DNA of 64,000 nt from Syntrophales bacterium (GTDB lineage Bacteria > Desulfobacterota > Syntrophia > Syntrophales > UBA2210): the NCBI GenBank assembly GCA_963662405.2, contig CAXXKT010000001.1:2272001-2336000 (forward strand). Reading direction: 5' to 3'. The translations under genes were made by a program, and so were the position numbers. Below the pieces are notes generated by a model. That model was not told where the DNA came from. It searched no databases and saw only the letters and a list, made by a program, of their open reading frames with translations. Within the stretch, counting starts at the first letter, position 1, and each line of letters opens with the position of its first letter. Below, piece after piece: positions 1-9,885 of the stretch.

Positions 1-3
1 CCG

Positions 4-18
4 TGGCACGGCACTTGC
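4..18 (+). promoter_or_regulatory. sigma54 (-24/-12) promoter
   Basis: TGGCACG-GCAC-TTGC matches the TGGCACG-N4-TTGC consensus with exact GG/GC spacing; a sigma54 activator is encoded at 9886. Confidence 0.75.
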
Positions 19-429
19 GCTTGTAGGTATGGTTCAGATAGTTGTCTCTGCCATTTTTGGGCGAACCCGATGGGCCTACCAACGAATGATCTCGGCGGGG
101 CGCACAGATTGCTTATGGGATGCTGTTGGATGACTGAGACGGGGGCGGATATCATCACAGAACACAGCACAGTACAGGGGAGAAACGGTCGCGGACCGTA
201 CATCCGAATCCTGGAACATCATAGGTGCGGTACCTATCATGTATCCAGGCCTGAAGATTGACGGGTGTGCCCCCGCCGCGGCAGATGGAAGCCTTTTGAC
301 AAGAAGAAACAGGAAAGGTTGTAATGCGGGGAGGCTCGTCACGAGGTGAATGTTCCTGAATCTCGTACATCAGGAGCGGCTTTGTGCAACGAGTGCGGAG
401 CGGAAACATTTTAAGAAAAGGAGAGGATC

Positions 430-1692
430 ATGAAAAAGATGCGTCTGTTTTTGAGTGTTTTTATTGCCATCTCTGTTGGGGCGTTGGGGGTGTCCACGGC
501 AGCTATCGCGAAGGAAAAACCCATCAAAATCGGTTTCATGGGGAACCTGTCTTCGCCGGCAACACTGAGCTCACAGGCCGCTGCCAAGCTGGCGGTCAGC
601 GAGATGAACTTAGCCGGCGGGATCCTCGGACGGCATGTCGAGCTAATCATTGAAGACACAAAGGGAGAAATTCCAAAGTCCATCGAGATCTATAAGAAGC
701 TGGTCATGTACAATAAAGTGGATGCCGTGGTGATAGCCGAAAAGGTTGAAATGGGTGTTGCCGGGATGGAGATCGGCGCCGAACTCTTCCGGGAGTTTCC
801 GCATATCATGTTTTCAACCATCGGATCGGGAGATACCATCTGGCATCATGTCCGGGACAATTATGACAAATATAAATTCGGTTTCCAGACCTACTATTAC
901 ATCTCGACAAACTACCTGAACATTATGGGAAAGGAAGTCTTACCGAATTTCTTCAAAGAGACGGTCGGCACCAACAAGGTCGCCATCATCTATGAGGATA
1001 TGGAGTGGACCAAACCCCTCCGCAAGGGTCTCGAGGGCGTTTCCGCCGGCTTGAGGGCTGAGTATGTGAAAAAGGGGATGGAGGTCGTGTATGAGGCGAC
1101 CCTGTCGCTCGACCAGAAGGTATTCAGCACCGTCTTTGAAGAGATCGCTGCATCAGGCGCCGGTGTGATGGACTGTGTCGTGGGATACATAGACCAGGGT
1201 TCCTTTATCAAGCAGTGGGCGCAGTCCAGTGCCAAGGATATCCCCTGGTTCATCTGGGGCGGTCTTGCCGGCATGCCCGTGGCATGGAAGATGACAGAGG
1301 GAAAGGTCGCCGGTGGTTCCGTCGGCTCGTCCTTTGTCAAGATCCCTATCACGGAGAAGACCATTCCCTTCATGGATGACATGGTGCAGAAGTATAAAAC
1401 GGGTCCTATCTTCGGATCACACACCACCTACGATACACTGAACGGTTACAAGAAGGCGGTGGAGCAGGCGGGGGGCACGAAGGATATCGATAAGCTCATC
1501 AAGTCATTGGAGCATGTTCGCGAGGTTGCCGTTCTGGGAACGATTGGTTGGGATCCCCAGTATCATTATAATCTGCCCTATCCGGATTATATCACCCCCA
1601 TCGTCCAGTGGCAGAGCGGGGAAATGGTGGTGGTCCAACCCTTGAATATTGCAACGGGGAAGTTCAAATCCCCGAAGGAATTACGGAAGTAG
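430..1692 (+). CDS. ABC transporter substrate-binding protein, LivK/HAAT family
   Basis: Signal peptide, KPIKIG and GGILGRHVELIIEDT motifs, SD GGAG/AGGA; followed by livHMGF-like genes. Confidence 0.9.
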   Translation: MKKMRLFLSVFIAISVGALGVSTAAIAKEKPIKIGFMGNLSSPATLSSQAAAKLAVSEMNLAGGILGRHVELIIEDTKGEIPKSIEIYKKLVMYNKVDAVVIAEKVEMGVAGMEIGAELFREFPHIMFSTIGSGDTIWHHVRDNYDKYKFGFQTYYYISTNYLNIMGKEVLPNFFKETVGTNKVAIIYEDMEWTKPLRKGLEGVSAGLRAEYVKKGMEVVYEATLSLDQKVFSTVFEEIAASGAGVMDCVVGYIDQGSFIKQWAQSSAKDIPWFIWGGLAGMPVAWKMTEGKVAGGSVGSSFVKIPITEKTIPFMDDMVQKYKTGPIFGSHTTYDTLNGYKKAVEQAGGTKDIDKLIKSLEHVREVAVLGTIGWDPQYHYNLPYPDYITPIVQWQSGEMVVVQPLNIATGKFKSPKELRK

Positions 1693-1709
1693 TATACGAT
1701 TTTGCGGAA

Positions 1710-1752
1710 CGGTGGGCGGTTCACCGGAAACGGTGCCTATCCGCCCACCGTA
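1710..1752. repeat. intergenic GC-rich inverted repeat (stem-loop)
   Basis: ACGGTGGGCGG ... CCGCCCACCGT between the binding protein and the permease. Confidence 0.55.
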
Positions 1753-1815
1753 CCACGGTGCCCGCGGCATGAGAAGGGTGCAGGGGTGCCGGACAACAAC
1801 ACGAGAGAGTGAATT

Positions 1816-2691
1816 ATGGCCGTTGCTATTCAGAACATCATTGTCTATACGATCATATGGGGATCGATTTATCTCCTTATCTCGATGGGATTTTCATTGA
1901 TCTGCGGCGTATTGCGCATTTTCCATCTGGGATACGGGGCCACTTTTGTGATTGCCGCATATGGCACCTGGCTCTTTATGCATGAGCTGTCACTGGGGCT
2001 GGTGCCGAGTATTCTGCTCATGGTCCTTTTGCAGATCACGATCGCCATCTTGGTATTCTACAAGGGGGTTTTCCAGCGCTATCTCGACGAAGAGGAAAAT
2101 CTCCTGGTAGTTTCAATGCTGATTTTCTTGGCTGTTGCCCATTTTGCCAATTACCTCTATCCGCAGACGGCGGGAGTGAGTCTCCCTACCGCCCTGGTGA
2201 CCGGCATGGTTCAGATCGGTGCCGTGAAGATATCCTCTGAGATGATCGCCGCCGCCGTGGTCGGTGTCGTGGTCACGGGACTCTTCATCCTGATGTTTCT
2301 CAAGACACGCATCGGCCTGATTATCAGGTCGATGAGTCAAGACGTGTACGCCGCGAAACTGATGGGGGTCGGTGTCGATAATATGTACTATCTGGCGATG
2401 ATCCTGTCGGTCATTCCCCCGACCATCTGTGTTCTCATGATTGCCCCCTTCTGGAGTATCGATCCGTTCATGGGGGCGCCGCTCCTCTTGACGGCAATGC
2501 TCATTGCCATCCTCGGCGGATTGGGAAATCTGAAAGGAAACATCATTGCCTCGTATCTGATCGCGTTTATCCACTTCTCGGTGAGTTTCCTGTGGGCACC
2601 CCGTTTTATGGGGCTTGCGGCCCTTGTTGTGACGCTCATTTTCTTGATTGCGAAACGCGGAGGATTAGTGGCGGGAGAAACGATATGGTAA
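1816..2691 (+). CDS. HAAT ABC permease, LivH-like
   Basis: Hydrophobic; KTRIGLIIRSMSQD..AKLMGV and ILGGLGN motifs. Confidence 0.9.
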   Translation: MAVAIQNIIVYTIIWGSIYLLISMGFSLICGVLRIFHLGYGATFVIAAYGTWLFMHELSLGLVPSILLMVLLQITIAILVFYKGVFQRYLDEEENLLVVSMLIFLAVAHFANYLYPQTAGVSLPTALVTGMVQIGAVKISSEMIAAAVVGVVVTGLFILMFLKTRIGLIIRSMSQDVYAAKLMGVGVDNMYYLAMILSVIPPTICVLMIAPFWSIDPFMGAPLLLTAMLIAILGGLGNLKGNIIASYLIAFIHFSVSFLWAPRFMGLAALVVTLIFLIAKRGGLVAGETIW

Positions 2692-3728
2692 AGTTTGAAT
2701 TAAAACGGGACAGAATCTTAGTACGGTGGGGTATTGAAAAACTGGAGTGGTGCATCGAACCGCGTTACTGGAGAAATCCGATCATCGGTGTCGCGCTCCT
2801 CTTAATCCTGCCGATATTCTTTTATTCGCTGCCGCATATCCTGACGATGCTGACGACAGCCAATCTACTGGCGGCCATGGCGATCCCCTTAAGCCTGCAG
2901 ATCCTGGGGACGGCACGTGTCAATTTCGGGCCCCAGCTCTATCTGGGGATCGGTGGCTATACCGCTGCACTCCTCAATCTGCATTTTGGCTGGAGTCCCT
3001 TCTTTACCCTGATTGCCACCATCATCGTTTGCGGATCGGTTGCCCTGCTATTGAGCCCGACGACTTGGATTGCAAAGGGACTCTATTTTTCGCTCATAAC
3101 CCTGATACTTCCCCTGACCTTTCTCGACCTGACCTATCAGTTCGGCGATATCTTCAGGGGGGAGGTCGGACTCTTCGGGATGAGTCCGCTCCTCGATCTG
3201 GGACGGGTCCGCTGGAACTACATGGCGTATTACTATCTGTCCCTGTTCATGATGCTCCTCTTCATTCTCATTTCGGATAAGATCGTTCGCTCCCGGTTTG
3301 GCGTGACGCTGGCGGCGATCAACGAGAATGAAGAGGTGGCCCGGATGATGGGGATTGATGTCCCCAAATACAAGGTCTTTTATTACGTCTTTCCCTCCAT
3401 CCTCATCGGGATCGTCGGATGGTTCATCGTCCACACCTTCAGGTCATTTGCGGGGGTTACCTATCTTCCACTCGAGTTTATGCTGAAGGTGCTGATTATC
3501 GTCATCATCGGGGGGCGTGCCTTTGTCTATGGTGCGGTCCCGGGCGCATACGTCGTCGCCATTGTTGAGGAGGTCCTCCGCGGTTTCGGGCACATCAACC
3601 AGTGGGTATTTCCACTCGTTCTGATTGCCTTGATCTTTTTCCTGCCGCGGGGGGAAGGCCTCTGGGGTTTGTACCACAAACGACATCCCCGCGACTATTT
3701 CCCCAAGCTCCATGTCAGGCGAGAATAA
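2685..3728 (+). CDS. HAAT ABC permease, LivM-like
   Basis: ATG 2685 overlaps the upstream gene; SRFGVTLAAINENEEVARMMGI and IIGG motifs. Confidence 0.88.
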   Translation: MVKFELKRDRILVRWGIEKLEWCIEPRYWRNPIIGVALLLILPIFFYSLPHILTMLTTANLLAAMAIPLSLQILGTARVNFGPQLYLGIGGYTAALLNLHFGWSPFFTLIATIIVCGSVALLLSPTTWIAKGLYFSLITLILPLTFLDLTYQFGDIFRGEVGLFGMSPLLDLGRVRWNYMAYYYLSLFMMLLFILISDKIVRSRFGVTLAAINENEEVARMMGIDVPKYKVFYYVFPSILIGIVGWFIVHTFRSFAGVTYLPLEFMLKVLIIVIIGGRAFVYGAVPGAYVVAIVEEVLRGFGHINQWVFPLVLIALIFFLPRGEGLWGLYHKRHPRDYFPKLHVRRE

Positions 3729-3802
3729 CCGGGTATTGTTACTCGTTACAAGAGTCTCCCAAGAGTACGTGAGCCTTACCATTGCAAGGAGAATTGTGAA
3801 AC

Positions 3803-4531
3803 GTGATTGAAATAAAAAATATCGGGATTAAATTCGGGGGCCTGCAGGCACTCGACGATGTCAGTTTTTCAGTCGGAAAAGGGGAGGTGGTTGGCCTGAT
3901 CGGGCCAAACGGTGCAGGCAAGACAACAATGATGAATATCATATGCGGCCTGTATAAACCAACCACCGGGTCGATCCATTTTGAGGGGACCACGATTACC
4001 GGTTTGCCATCCAACAAGATATGTCACCTGGGTATATCGAGAACCTACCAGATACCGCAGCCTTTTTATGCAATGACCGCGCTGGGAGGGGTGACCGCCA
4101 GTGTCCTGAATGGAAAAAAACGGCCCAATATGTGTCTTTCGGACGCCGGTCTTGAGGCATCATATTACCTCGAATTTGTCGGTCTCTTCGCAAAGCGTGA
4201 CGAACTTGCCAGCAACCTCAACCTGTATGAACTGCGGATGCTTGAGCTCGCCCGAGCCCTGGCGACGACACCGAAGCTCCTCCTCCTCGATGAGGTGATG
4301 GCCGGATTGAACCCGGTCGAATCAACCCGGGCCCTTGATATGATCTGGAGCGCTCAGGACCAGTTCGGGATAACGCTGTTATGGATTGAACACGTGATGA
4401 AGATCATCATGAATGCCGCCCAGCGCATCGTTGTTCTCCAGTACGGCAAAAAGATCGCGGAGGGGCCTCCCGATCATATTGTCAAGGATCCGCGAATCAT
4501 AGAGGCCTATTTAGGGGGTAAGCGCCGATGA
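3803..4531 (+). CDS. ABC ATP-binding protein, LivG-like
   Basis: Walker A GPNGAGKT, LLLLDEVMAG, IEH, EAYLG. Confidence 0.92.
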   Translation: MIEIKNIGIKFGGLQALDDVSFSVGKGEVVGLIGPNGAGKTTMMNIICGLYKPTTGSIHFEGTTITGLPSNKICHLGISRTYQIPQPFYAMTALGGVTASVLNGKKRPNMCLSDAGLEASYYLEFVGLFAKRDELASNLNLYELRMLELARALATTPKLLLLDEVMAGLNPVESTRALDMIWSAQDQFGITLLWIEHVMKIIMNAAQRIVVLQYGKKIAEGPPDHIVKDPRIIEAYLGGKRR

Positions 4532-5235
4532 TGTTAACGATTGAAAACCTGAATGTCTCGTATGGCGTGATTCCGGTCCTGCATAATGTCAAGCTGGAAG
4601 TGGGGGAGGGAGAACTGGTGGCCCTGCTCGGTGCGAACGGTGCGGGGAAGACGACGCTTCTCAACACCATATCGGGTCTCATGCGTGGAACGTCGGGAAC
4701 CATCTCGTTTCTGGGGGACAACATCGAACATACATCCCCCCAGAAGATCGTCCAGGGAGGAATCTCACAGATACCGGAGGGACGGAAGATATTTCCCTAC
4801 CTGACGGTGAAGGAAAATCTGTTCATGGGGGCCAGTACCCGCCATGCATGGGGCTCGCGGTACCGGATGTTTGATGAGGTGTCGGAGATCTTTCCCATCC
4901 TGCGGGAACGAACAGAACAGCGAGCAAGCCTCATGAGCGGAGGCGAGCAGCAGATGCTGGTTATTGCCAGAGGGCTCATGGCACGACCGAAACTCCTCAT
5001 GATCGATGAACCGTCGCTGGGATTGAGCCCTGCATTCCAGGACCTGATCTACGAGGCCATCGAGGCGCTTCCGAAAAAGGGGATAACCGTTCTCCTGTCG
5101 GAGCAGAATGCCCAGATCGCATTGGAGATCAGCAACAGGGGGTATGTCATGCAGGACGGCGAAGTCGTCATGGAAGGTACCAATACGGAGCTCCTTGCAA
5201 GCGACCTGATACAGAAAGCGTACATGGGAGTGTAG
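4528..5235 (+). CDS. ABC ATP-binding protein, LivF-like
   Basis: GANGAGKT, MSGGEQQML, DEPSLG. Confidence 0.92.
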   Translation: MMLTIENLNVSYGVIPVLHNVKLEVGEGELVALLGANGAGKTTLLNTISGLMRGTSGTISFLGDNIEHTSPQKIVQGGISQIPEGRKIFPYLTVKENLFMGASTRHAWGSRYRMFDEVSEIFPILRERTEQRASLMSGGEQQMLVIARGLMARPKLLMIDEPSLGLSPAFQDLIYEAIEALPKKGITVLLSEQNAQIALEISNRGYVMQDGEVVMEGTNTELLASDLIQKAYMGV

Positions 5236-5239
5236 AGTT

Positions 5240-6604
5240 ATGAAAAATGATTACTTCTCATACACAGCAGAGATCTTCGATCGATCAAAGGTGAATCAAA
5301 AATCGGAGGCGCTGAAGGGGATACGGGTCCTGGATCTGTCCCACATGATATTCGGCCCCAAGGCGGCCAATATCCTTGCCGAGCATGGTGCCGAGGTCAT
5401 CAAGGTCGAGGTCCCCTATCAAGGTGATTACTGGCGCTCATCCACCTACTGGGGGAAATACTGGAAACACTCGAATCCCATGTGGCACTTCATCAATCAC
5501 AGTAAATATTTCGTCGGTATCGATGTCAAGTATCCGCGGGGGAAGGAACTGATCCTCGAGCTTGCGAAGCAGTCCGACATCGTGATCGAGAATTTTGCCA
5601 GCGGAACCGTCGAGGCTTGGGGGATCGGTTATACCCAGGTCAGTAAGATCAATCCCAAGGTTATTTATGCGAGCATGAGCACCTTCGGGCAATCGGGACC
5701 GGCACGCTTCTTCCCCGGATGGGATCTCCTGGCACAGGGGGCAAGCGGGGTCATCAGTATCACCGGGTATCCCGATACGGAACATTACTTCAAGGCACCG
5801 GACTTCTACGGTGATTTCTATCCCGGTTTTTTCGCCGCCATGACGATCATGATGGCTCTTAATTACCGTGAAAAAACCGGTGAAGGACAGTATCTCGATG
5901 TGTGCCAGACGGAGATTCTGATGCGCTCTCTCTTCAATTTTACCTATAGCAGCGTGCAGGGAGAAGAGCTCGGACGGACGGGTAATCATGATCCCACGGC
6001 GGCGCCTTCAGGGATCTTCAAGGCGGCCGACGACGTGTTCTTTGCCGTGGCGATCGGTACGGATGAACAGTTCCGTTCGCTGTGCACCGTGATGGAGAGA
6101 GAGGCTCTGATTACGGACAGTCGTTATGCAACGGCCTTGGAACGGCTGAAGAAGGAGCACGCCAAAGAGTTGGATACTCTTGTCAAGGAATGGATCGGGA
6201 CGAAGAGATCCGGAGAGCTGCGGACCCTTGCCAAGGAGTGCGCCTTTCCCCTGGGTGAGGTCATGGATGATCTGAAATTGTCGAATGATCCATGGAGGAG
6301 AGAGAGGGGAAGCGTCGTGGAGGTTGAAGACGAGATGTACAAGAAGCTGGTTATGGCGGGGTCTGCCGCCATGATGAGCAGGACGCCCGGACGGATCAAA
6401 TGGCTGACCCGGCCTCTCGGATACCATAACCGGTATGTCTTTAAGACACTTCTGGGATTATCGGAGGAGGAGATACGTACCTTGGAGAAAGAGCGAATCG
6501 TGGGAACGTGGGACTATCGCGTCGGACAACGGCCCCCTGTGTACTACGACATGGAGACGGATACCATGTTCAATTACGATGGGAAGGGGGGTGATGACAA
6601 TTAA
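5240..6604 (+). CDS. Family III (CaiB/BaiF) CoA-transferase
   Basis: LKGIRVLDLS, GAEVIKVE, IENF; catalytic-position Asp in PGWD. Confidence 0.9.
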   Translation: MKNDYFSYTAEIFDRSKVNQKSEALKGIRVLDLSHMIFGPKAANILAEHGAEVIKVEVPYQGDYWRSSTYWGKYWKHSNPMWHFINHSKYFVGIDVKYPRGKELILELAKQSDIVIENFASGTVEAWGIGYTQVSKINPKVIYASMSTFGQSGPARFFPGWDLLAQGASGVISITGYPDTEHYFKAPDFYGDFYPGFFAAMTIMMALNYREKTGEGQYLDVCQTEILMRSLFNFTYSSVQGEELGRTGNHDPTAAPSGIFKAADDVFFAVAIGTDEQFRSLCTVMEREALITDSRYATALERLKKEHAKELDTLVKEWIGTKRSGELRTLAKECAFPLGEVMDDLKLSNDPWRRERGSVVEVEDEMYKKLVMAGSAAMMSRTPGRIKWLTRPLGYHNRYVFKTLLGLSEEEIRTLEKERIVGTWDYRVGQRPPVYYDMETDTMFNYDGKGGDDN

Positions 6605-7955
6605 AGAGAAAATCTATTCGCGACACATGCAGAACAAGGGCGCCGCCAAACGGCTCTCGGAATGGAGCAATGTGATCGCCGATATCATGTCTCCGGAGGG
6701 AAAACCGGAGGCGTTGAGTGGGACGGTCGTCTTGGATCTGAGTTACGCCAACTTTACCGGCGTTATTACTTCGGCCCTGCTTGCCGAGGCGGGTGCCGAG
6801 GTCATCAATATCGAGCCACCCGAAGGCGATCCGGCGCGTGTCATGACCCCTTACGGCGTTACGCTCCAGGAGACCGGTATTCCCTACCTGATGGAGAGCA
6901 GAAACAAGTTCAACATCACCCTTGACATCCATGATGCGGCGGACCGGGAGAATCTGATTGCCCTCGTCAAGAAGGCGGATATCCTGATCGAGACCTTTGA
7001 ACCCGGCATGATGGATTCCCTCGGGATCGGATATCGGCAGCTTGAAAAGATCAACTCCGGCCTGATCTATCTGGCGATTACTCCGTACGGCCAGTATACG
7101 CAACGGGCGGAGGAATGTGCCTCCATGCCGTGGTCCGACCTGACCAGCCAGGCCGAATCGGGACTTGCCGCCCTGATCGGAGGACTGGAGGATGAACCGG
7201 ATCCATACAACTGGCCGACACGATCCGGGTTTTACGCGGCCGGATATGCCACCGCCGTTTCGAGCGTGTGCAGTACGCTCATCGCCCTTTTCTTCAAGGG
7301 CCGCACCGGTCAGGGGCAGATGATCGATGTCGCGACGGCGGATTCATTCTCGTCCTGTGTCGGTATCCCCTCCACAATCGGGTATATCTGGAAGAGGCCG
7401 CGACCCCGGTACGGGACGCTCGACTACGGTCTGTGCCCCTACGGATTCTTCAAATGCAAAGACGGTTACGCCGCAATCGCCTGTTTCAGGGATCAGGATT
7501 TCAGAGCGGCCCTCCGGATACTGGGCCTCTGGAAGATCGAGGAAGACTGGAAGACGCTCCTGGATCGGATCACCGATGATGTCGAAAAGGCGAAGATTCT
7601 CAACCGGGAGATAGAGAAGGCCGTGGCCGGCATGACCTTTGAGGAGATCTTTACCAAGTTTCAGGCTTTTTGTATGAAGGCTGCAAAGTCGAAGTGGCGG
7701 GGAGGCGGTTTGCCGGTTACCACCAAGATGCTGCGTCCCATGGAGGTTATGGAGATAGAACACTGGAAGGTGCGGAATGCCTTTTTCAAGGCGGACGATA
7801 CCTATTACGGGACCTTTCAGGTGCCGACGACGGGGAAAATGTCCAAGACGCCCATGAGAATCAAGTCGATCTCGGCCCGTATCGGAGAGGATAACGACCG
7901 AATCTATAAAAAATATGGATTGAAGATACACAGAGCCAATTCAAACCCGGCATAG
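6594..7955 (+). CDS. Family III CoA-transferase, second of tandem pair
   Basis: ATG 6594 overlaps the upstream gene; VVLDLS, GAEVINIEPPEGD, ITPYGQ, WSDL. Confidence 0.88.
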   Translation: MTIKEKIYSRHMQNKGAAKRLSEWSNVIADIMSPEGKPEALSGTVVLDLSYANFTGVITSALLAEAGAEVINIEPPEGDPARVMTPYGVTLQETGIPYLMESRNKFNITLDIHDAADRENLIALVKKADILIETFEPGMMDSLGIGYRQLEKINSGLIYLAITPYGQYTQRAEECASMPWSDLTSQAESGLAALIGGLEDEPDPYNWPTRSGFYAAGYATAVSSVCSTLIALFFKGRTGQGQMIDVATADSFSSCVGIPSTIGYIWKRPRPRYGTLDYGLCPYGFFKCKDGYAAIACFRDQDFRAALRILGLWKIEEDWKTLLDRITDDVEKAKILNREIEKAVAGMTFEEIFTKFQAFCMKAAKSKWRGGGLPVTTKMLRPMEVMEIEHWKVRNAFFKADDTYYGTFQVPTTGKMSKTPMRIKSISARIGEDNDRIYKKYGLKIHRANSNPA

Positions 7956-8101
7956 GGCGTATGCCGGACTCATGAGCACTCCTGTGCTCATCGGGGTGGC
8001 GGTAATGAGATAGATGGCTTTGTGAAGGGACAGGGGTGCCTCCTGTCCCTTCGTGCGATGGCAAAACGATCGTGTCAATCTGGTAAGGAGGATAATCTGG
8101 A

Positions 8102-9658
8102 ATGCCCTTTGAAAAACAGATGGAAGAGCTGGAGCGCCGACGTAAAAAGGCCCTGATGATGGGGGGCGAAAAGAAGATCAAGAAACAGCACGATGAGGGT
8201 AAGTATACGGCCCGGGAGCGGATCGATACGCTGATTGATCCGGGCTCATTCTCCGAGGTCGGAATGTTCAATCACTCCGACATGCCGGGGATGGAGGAGA
8301 AGAGCCCCGCCGACAGCAAGGTCGGGGGATATGGCCAGGTCAACGGGCGCCCCGTCGGCATACTCGCCGCGGATTTCACCGTTCTGGGTGCCACATCGAG
8401 CCGCATCGCCGCGCGGAAGGAAGGCGATATCAGGGATATGGCGGATCGCCATGGCTTCCCCTTTATCTATCTGGGTGAGGCCGGGGGGGCGCGCATGCCC
8501 GACATCATGGGATCGGCCGGTCTGGCATCCTACGGAGGCGGACGCCGGGATTCCTTTATCGAGCATATGAGCCGGGTGCGAAAGACCCCCATGGTGATGG
8601 CCGTTCTGGGCAGGTGCTATGGAGAACCGACGTGGATGGCCTGCCTCGCCGATTTTGTGGTGATGGTGAAAGGGACGGCGATGGGGGTGTCGGGTCCGCG
8701 GATCGTATCGATAGCCTTGGGAGAAAATATCACCGACGAGGAACTGGGGGGATGGGAGCTTCATTCCAAGGTAACGGGGATGGCCGACCGGGTGACGGAG
8801 AATGAAGATGAGTGTTTCCAGGTCATCAGGGATTATCTGAGCTATATGCCCGCCCACAACGAAGAGCTGCCACCGCTTGCGCCGGTCCCGGAGGGATCGG
8901 GAGAGAATATGGGGGATATCCTCAACCTCCTCCCTGAAAAGCGGAACCGGACCTACGACATGAACCGGATCTTGGAATGTGTCATGGACAAGGGGAGCCT
9001 CTTCCCGATCAAACCCCTCTTCGGGAGGACGGTGATCACCTCGTTGGCGCGGATTGAGGGAAAGGTGGTCGGTATCGTGGCCAATCAGCCGCAGTTCAAC
9101 GCCGGCGCCATGGACACGGACGGAATCGAGAAGGTGATGAGCTTTCTCTGCCTGTGCGATTCCTTCAATATACCCTTGGTCTTCTTCGAAGATATACCGG
9201 GGTTTCTGGTGGGGCGCGAGGCGGAACGCAAACGGGTCGGGGCGCACGTCATGAATTTCATGAACGCCCTGGGACTCCTCACCGTCCCCAAGATTACCGT
9301 TATCGTGCGGAAGGCCTACGGGATGGCCTACTGGAACATGTGCGGTTCCGGGAGCGGGGCCGATTCGATCGTTGCCTGGCCGTCGGCCGAGATGAGCTTT
9401 GTCGATCCGGTCATTGCCGCGAACGTGGTCTTCGGAGCGAGCCCGGCAAAAAGCCCGGAAGAGCAGGAGGAACGCATAGCAAAAATGGCCGAAGGGACAG
9501 AGCCATATGGCGCCGCGGGACTGCACTTTATTCATGATGTGATCGACCCCCGTGAGACACGAAACCACATCATCAAGGTCCTGCGGCAGACCCAGGACCT
9601 GTCGAAGACAAAAGGAATCAGCGAGCATCGGCTCGCCAATTGGCCCACGAAGTTTTAA
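8102..9658 (+). CDS. Acyl-CoA carboxyltransferase (PccB/MccB-like beta subunit)
   Basis: TARERIDTLID, GGARM, DIPGFLVG, RKAYG, DVIDPRETR. Confidence 0.88.
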   Translation: MPFEKQMEELERRRKKALMMGGEKKIKKQHDEGKYTARERIDTLIDPGSFSEVGMFNHSDMPGMEEKSPADSKVGGYGQVNGRPVGILAADFTVLGATSSRIAARKEGDIRDMADRHGFPFIYLGEAGGARMPDIMGSAGLASYGGGRRDSFIEHMSRVRKTPMVMAVLGRCYGEPTWMACLADFVVMVKGTAMGVSGPRIVSIALGENITDEELGGWELHSKVTGMADRVTENEDECFQVIRDYLSYMPAHNEELPPLAPVPEGSGENMGDILNLLPEKRNRTYDMNRILECVMDKGSLFPIKPLFGRTVITSLARIEGKVVGIVANQPQFNAGAMDTDGIEKVMSFLCLCDSFNIPLVFFEDIPGFLVGREAERKRVGAHVMNFMNALGLLTVPKITVIVRKAYGMAYWNMCGSGSGADSIVAWPSAEMSFVDPVIAANVVFGASPAKSPEEQEERIAKMAEGTEPYGAAGLHFIHDVIDPRETRNHIIKVLRQTQDLSKTKGISEHRLANWPTKF

Positions 9659-9885
9659 CCTCTTTTGCTTTGCCACTCGTGCCCCCTCTTCCTTCTGAAG
9701 GAAAGGGGGCACCCCCATCCATATTTGTTCCAACAGTTGACAATCCCCTCCCGACGGTGTAGGAATCTGCTCTCTACACGAAGAAAACCCGAAAAGAGAA
9801 CGGGATGTTCTGGCCAAAGTACCATCTGTTGTGATTCATCAATCTGCCTGGAGTTGCGTGGGGAAGCTTTCGTCCGGAGGTGTGA

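Noticed and set aside
155..177. Short ACAG-based tandem repeat
   Set aside because: Only about four imperfect pentamers; compatible with chance
8246..9817. 523-aa minus-strand ORF
   Set aside because: Antisense shadow of the carboxyltransferase gene; no recognisable motifs
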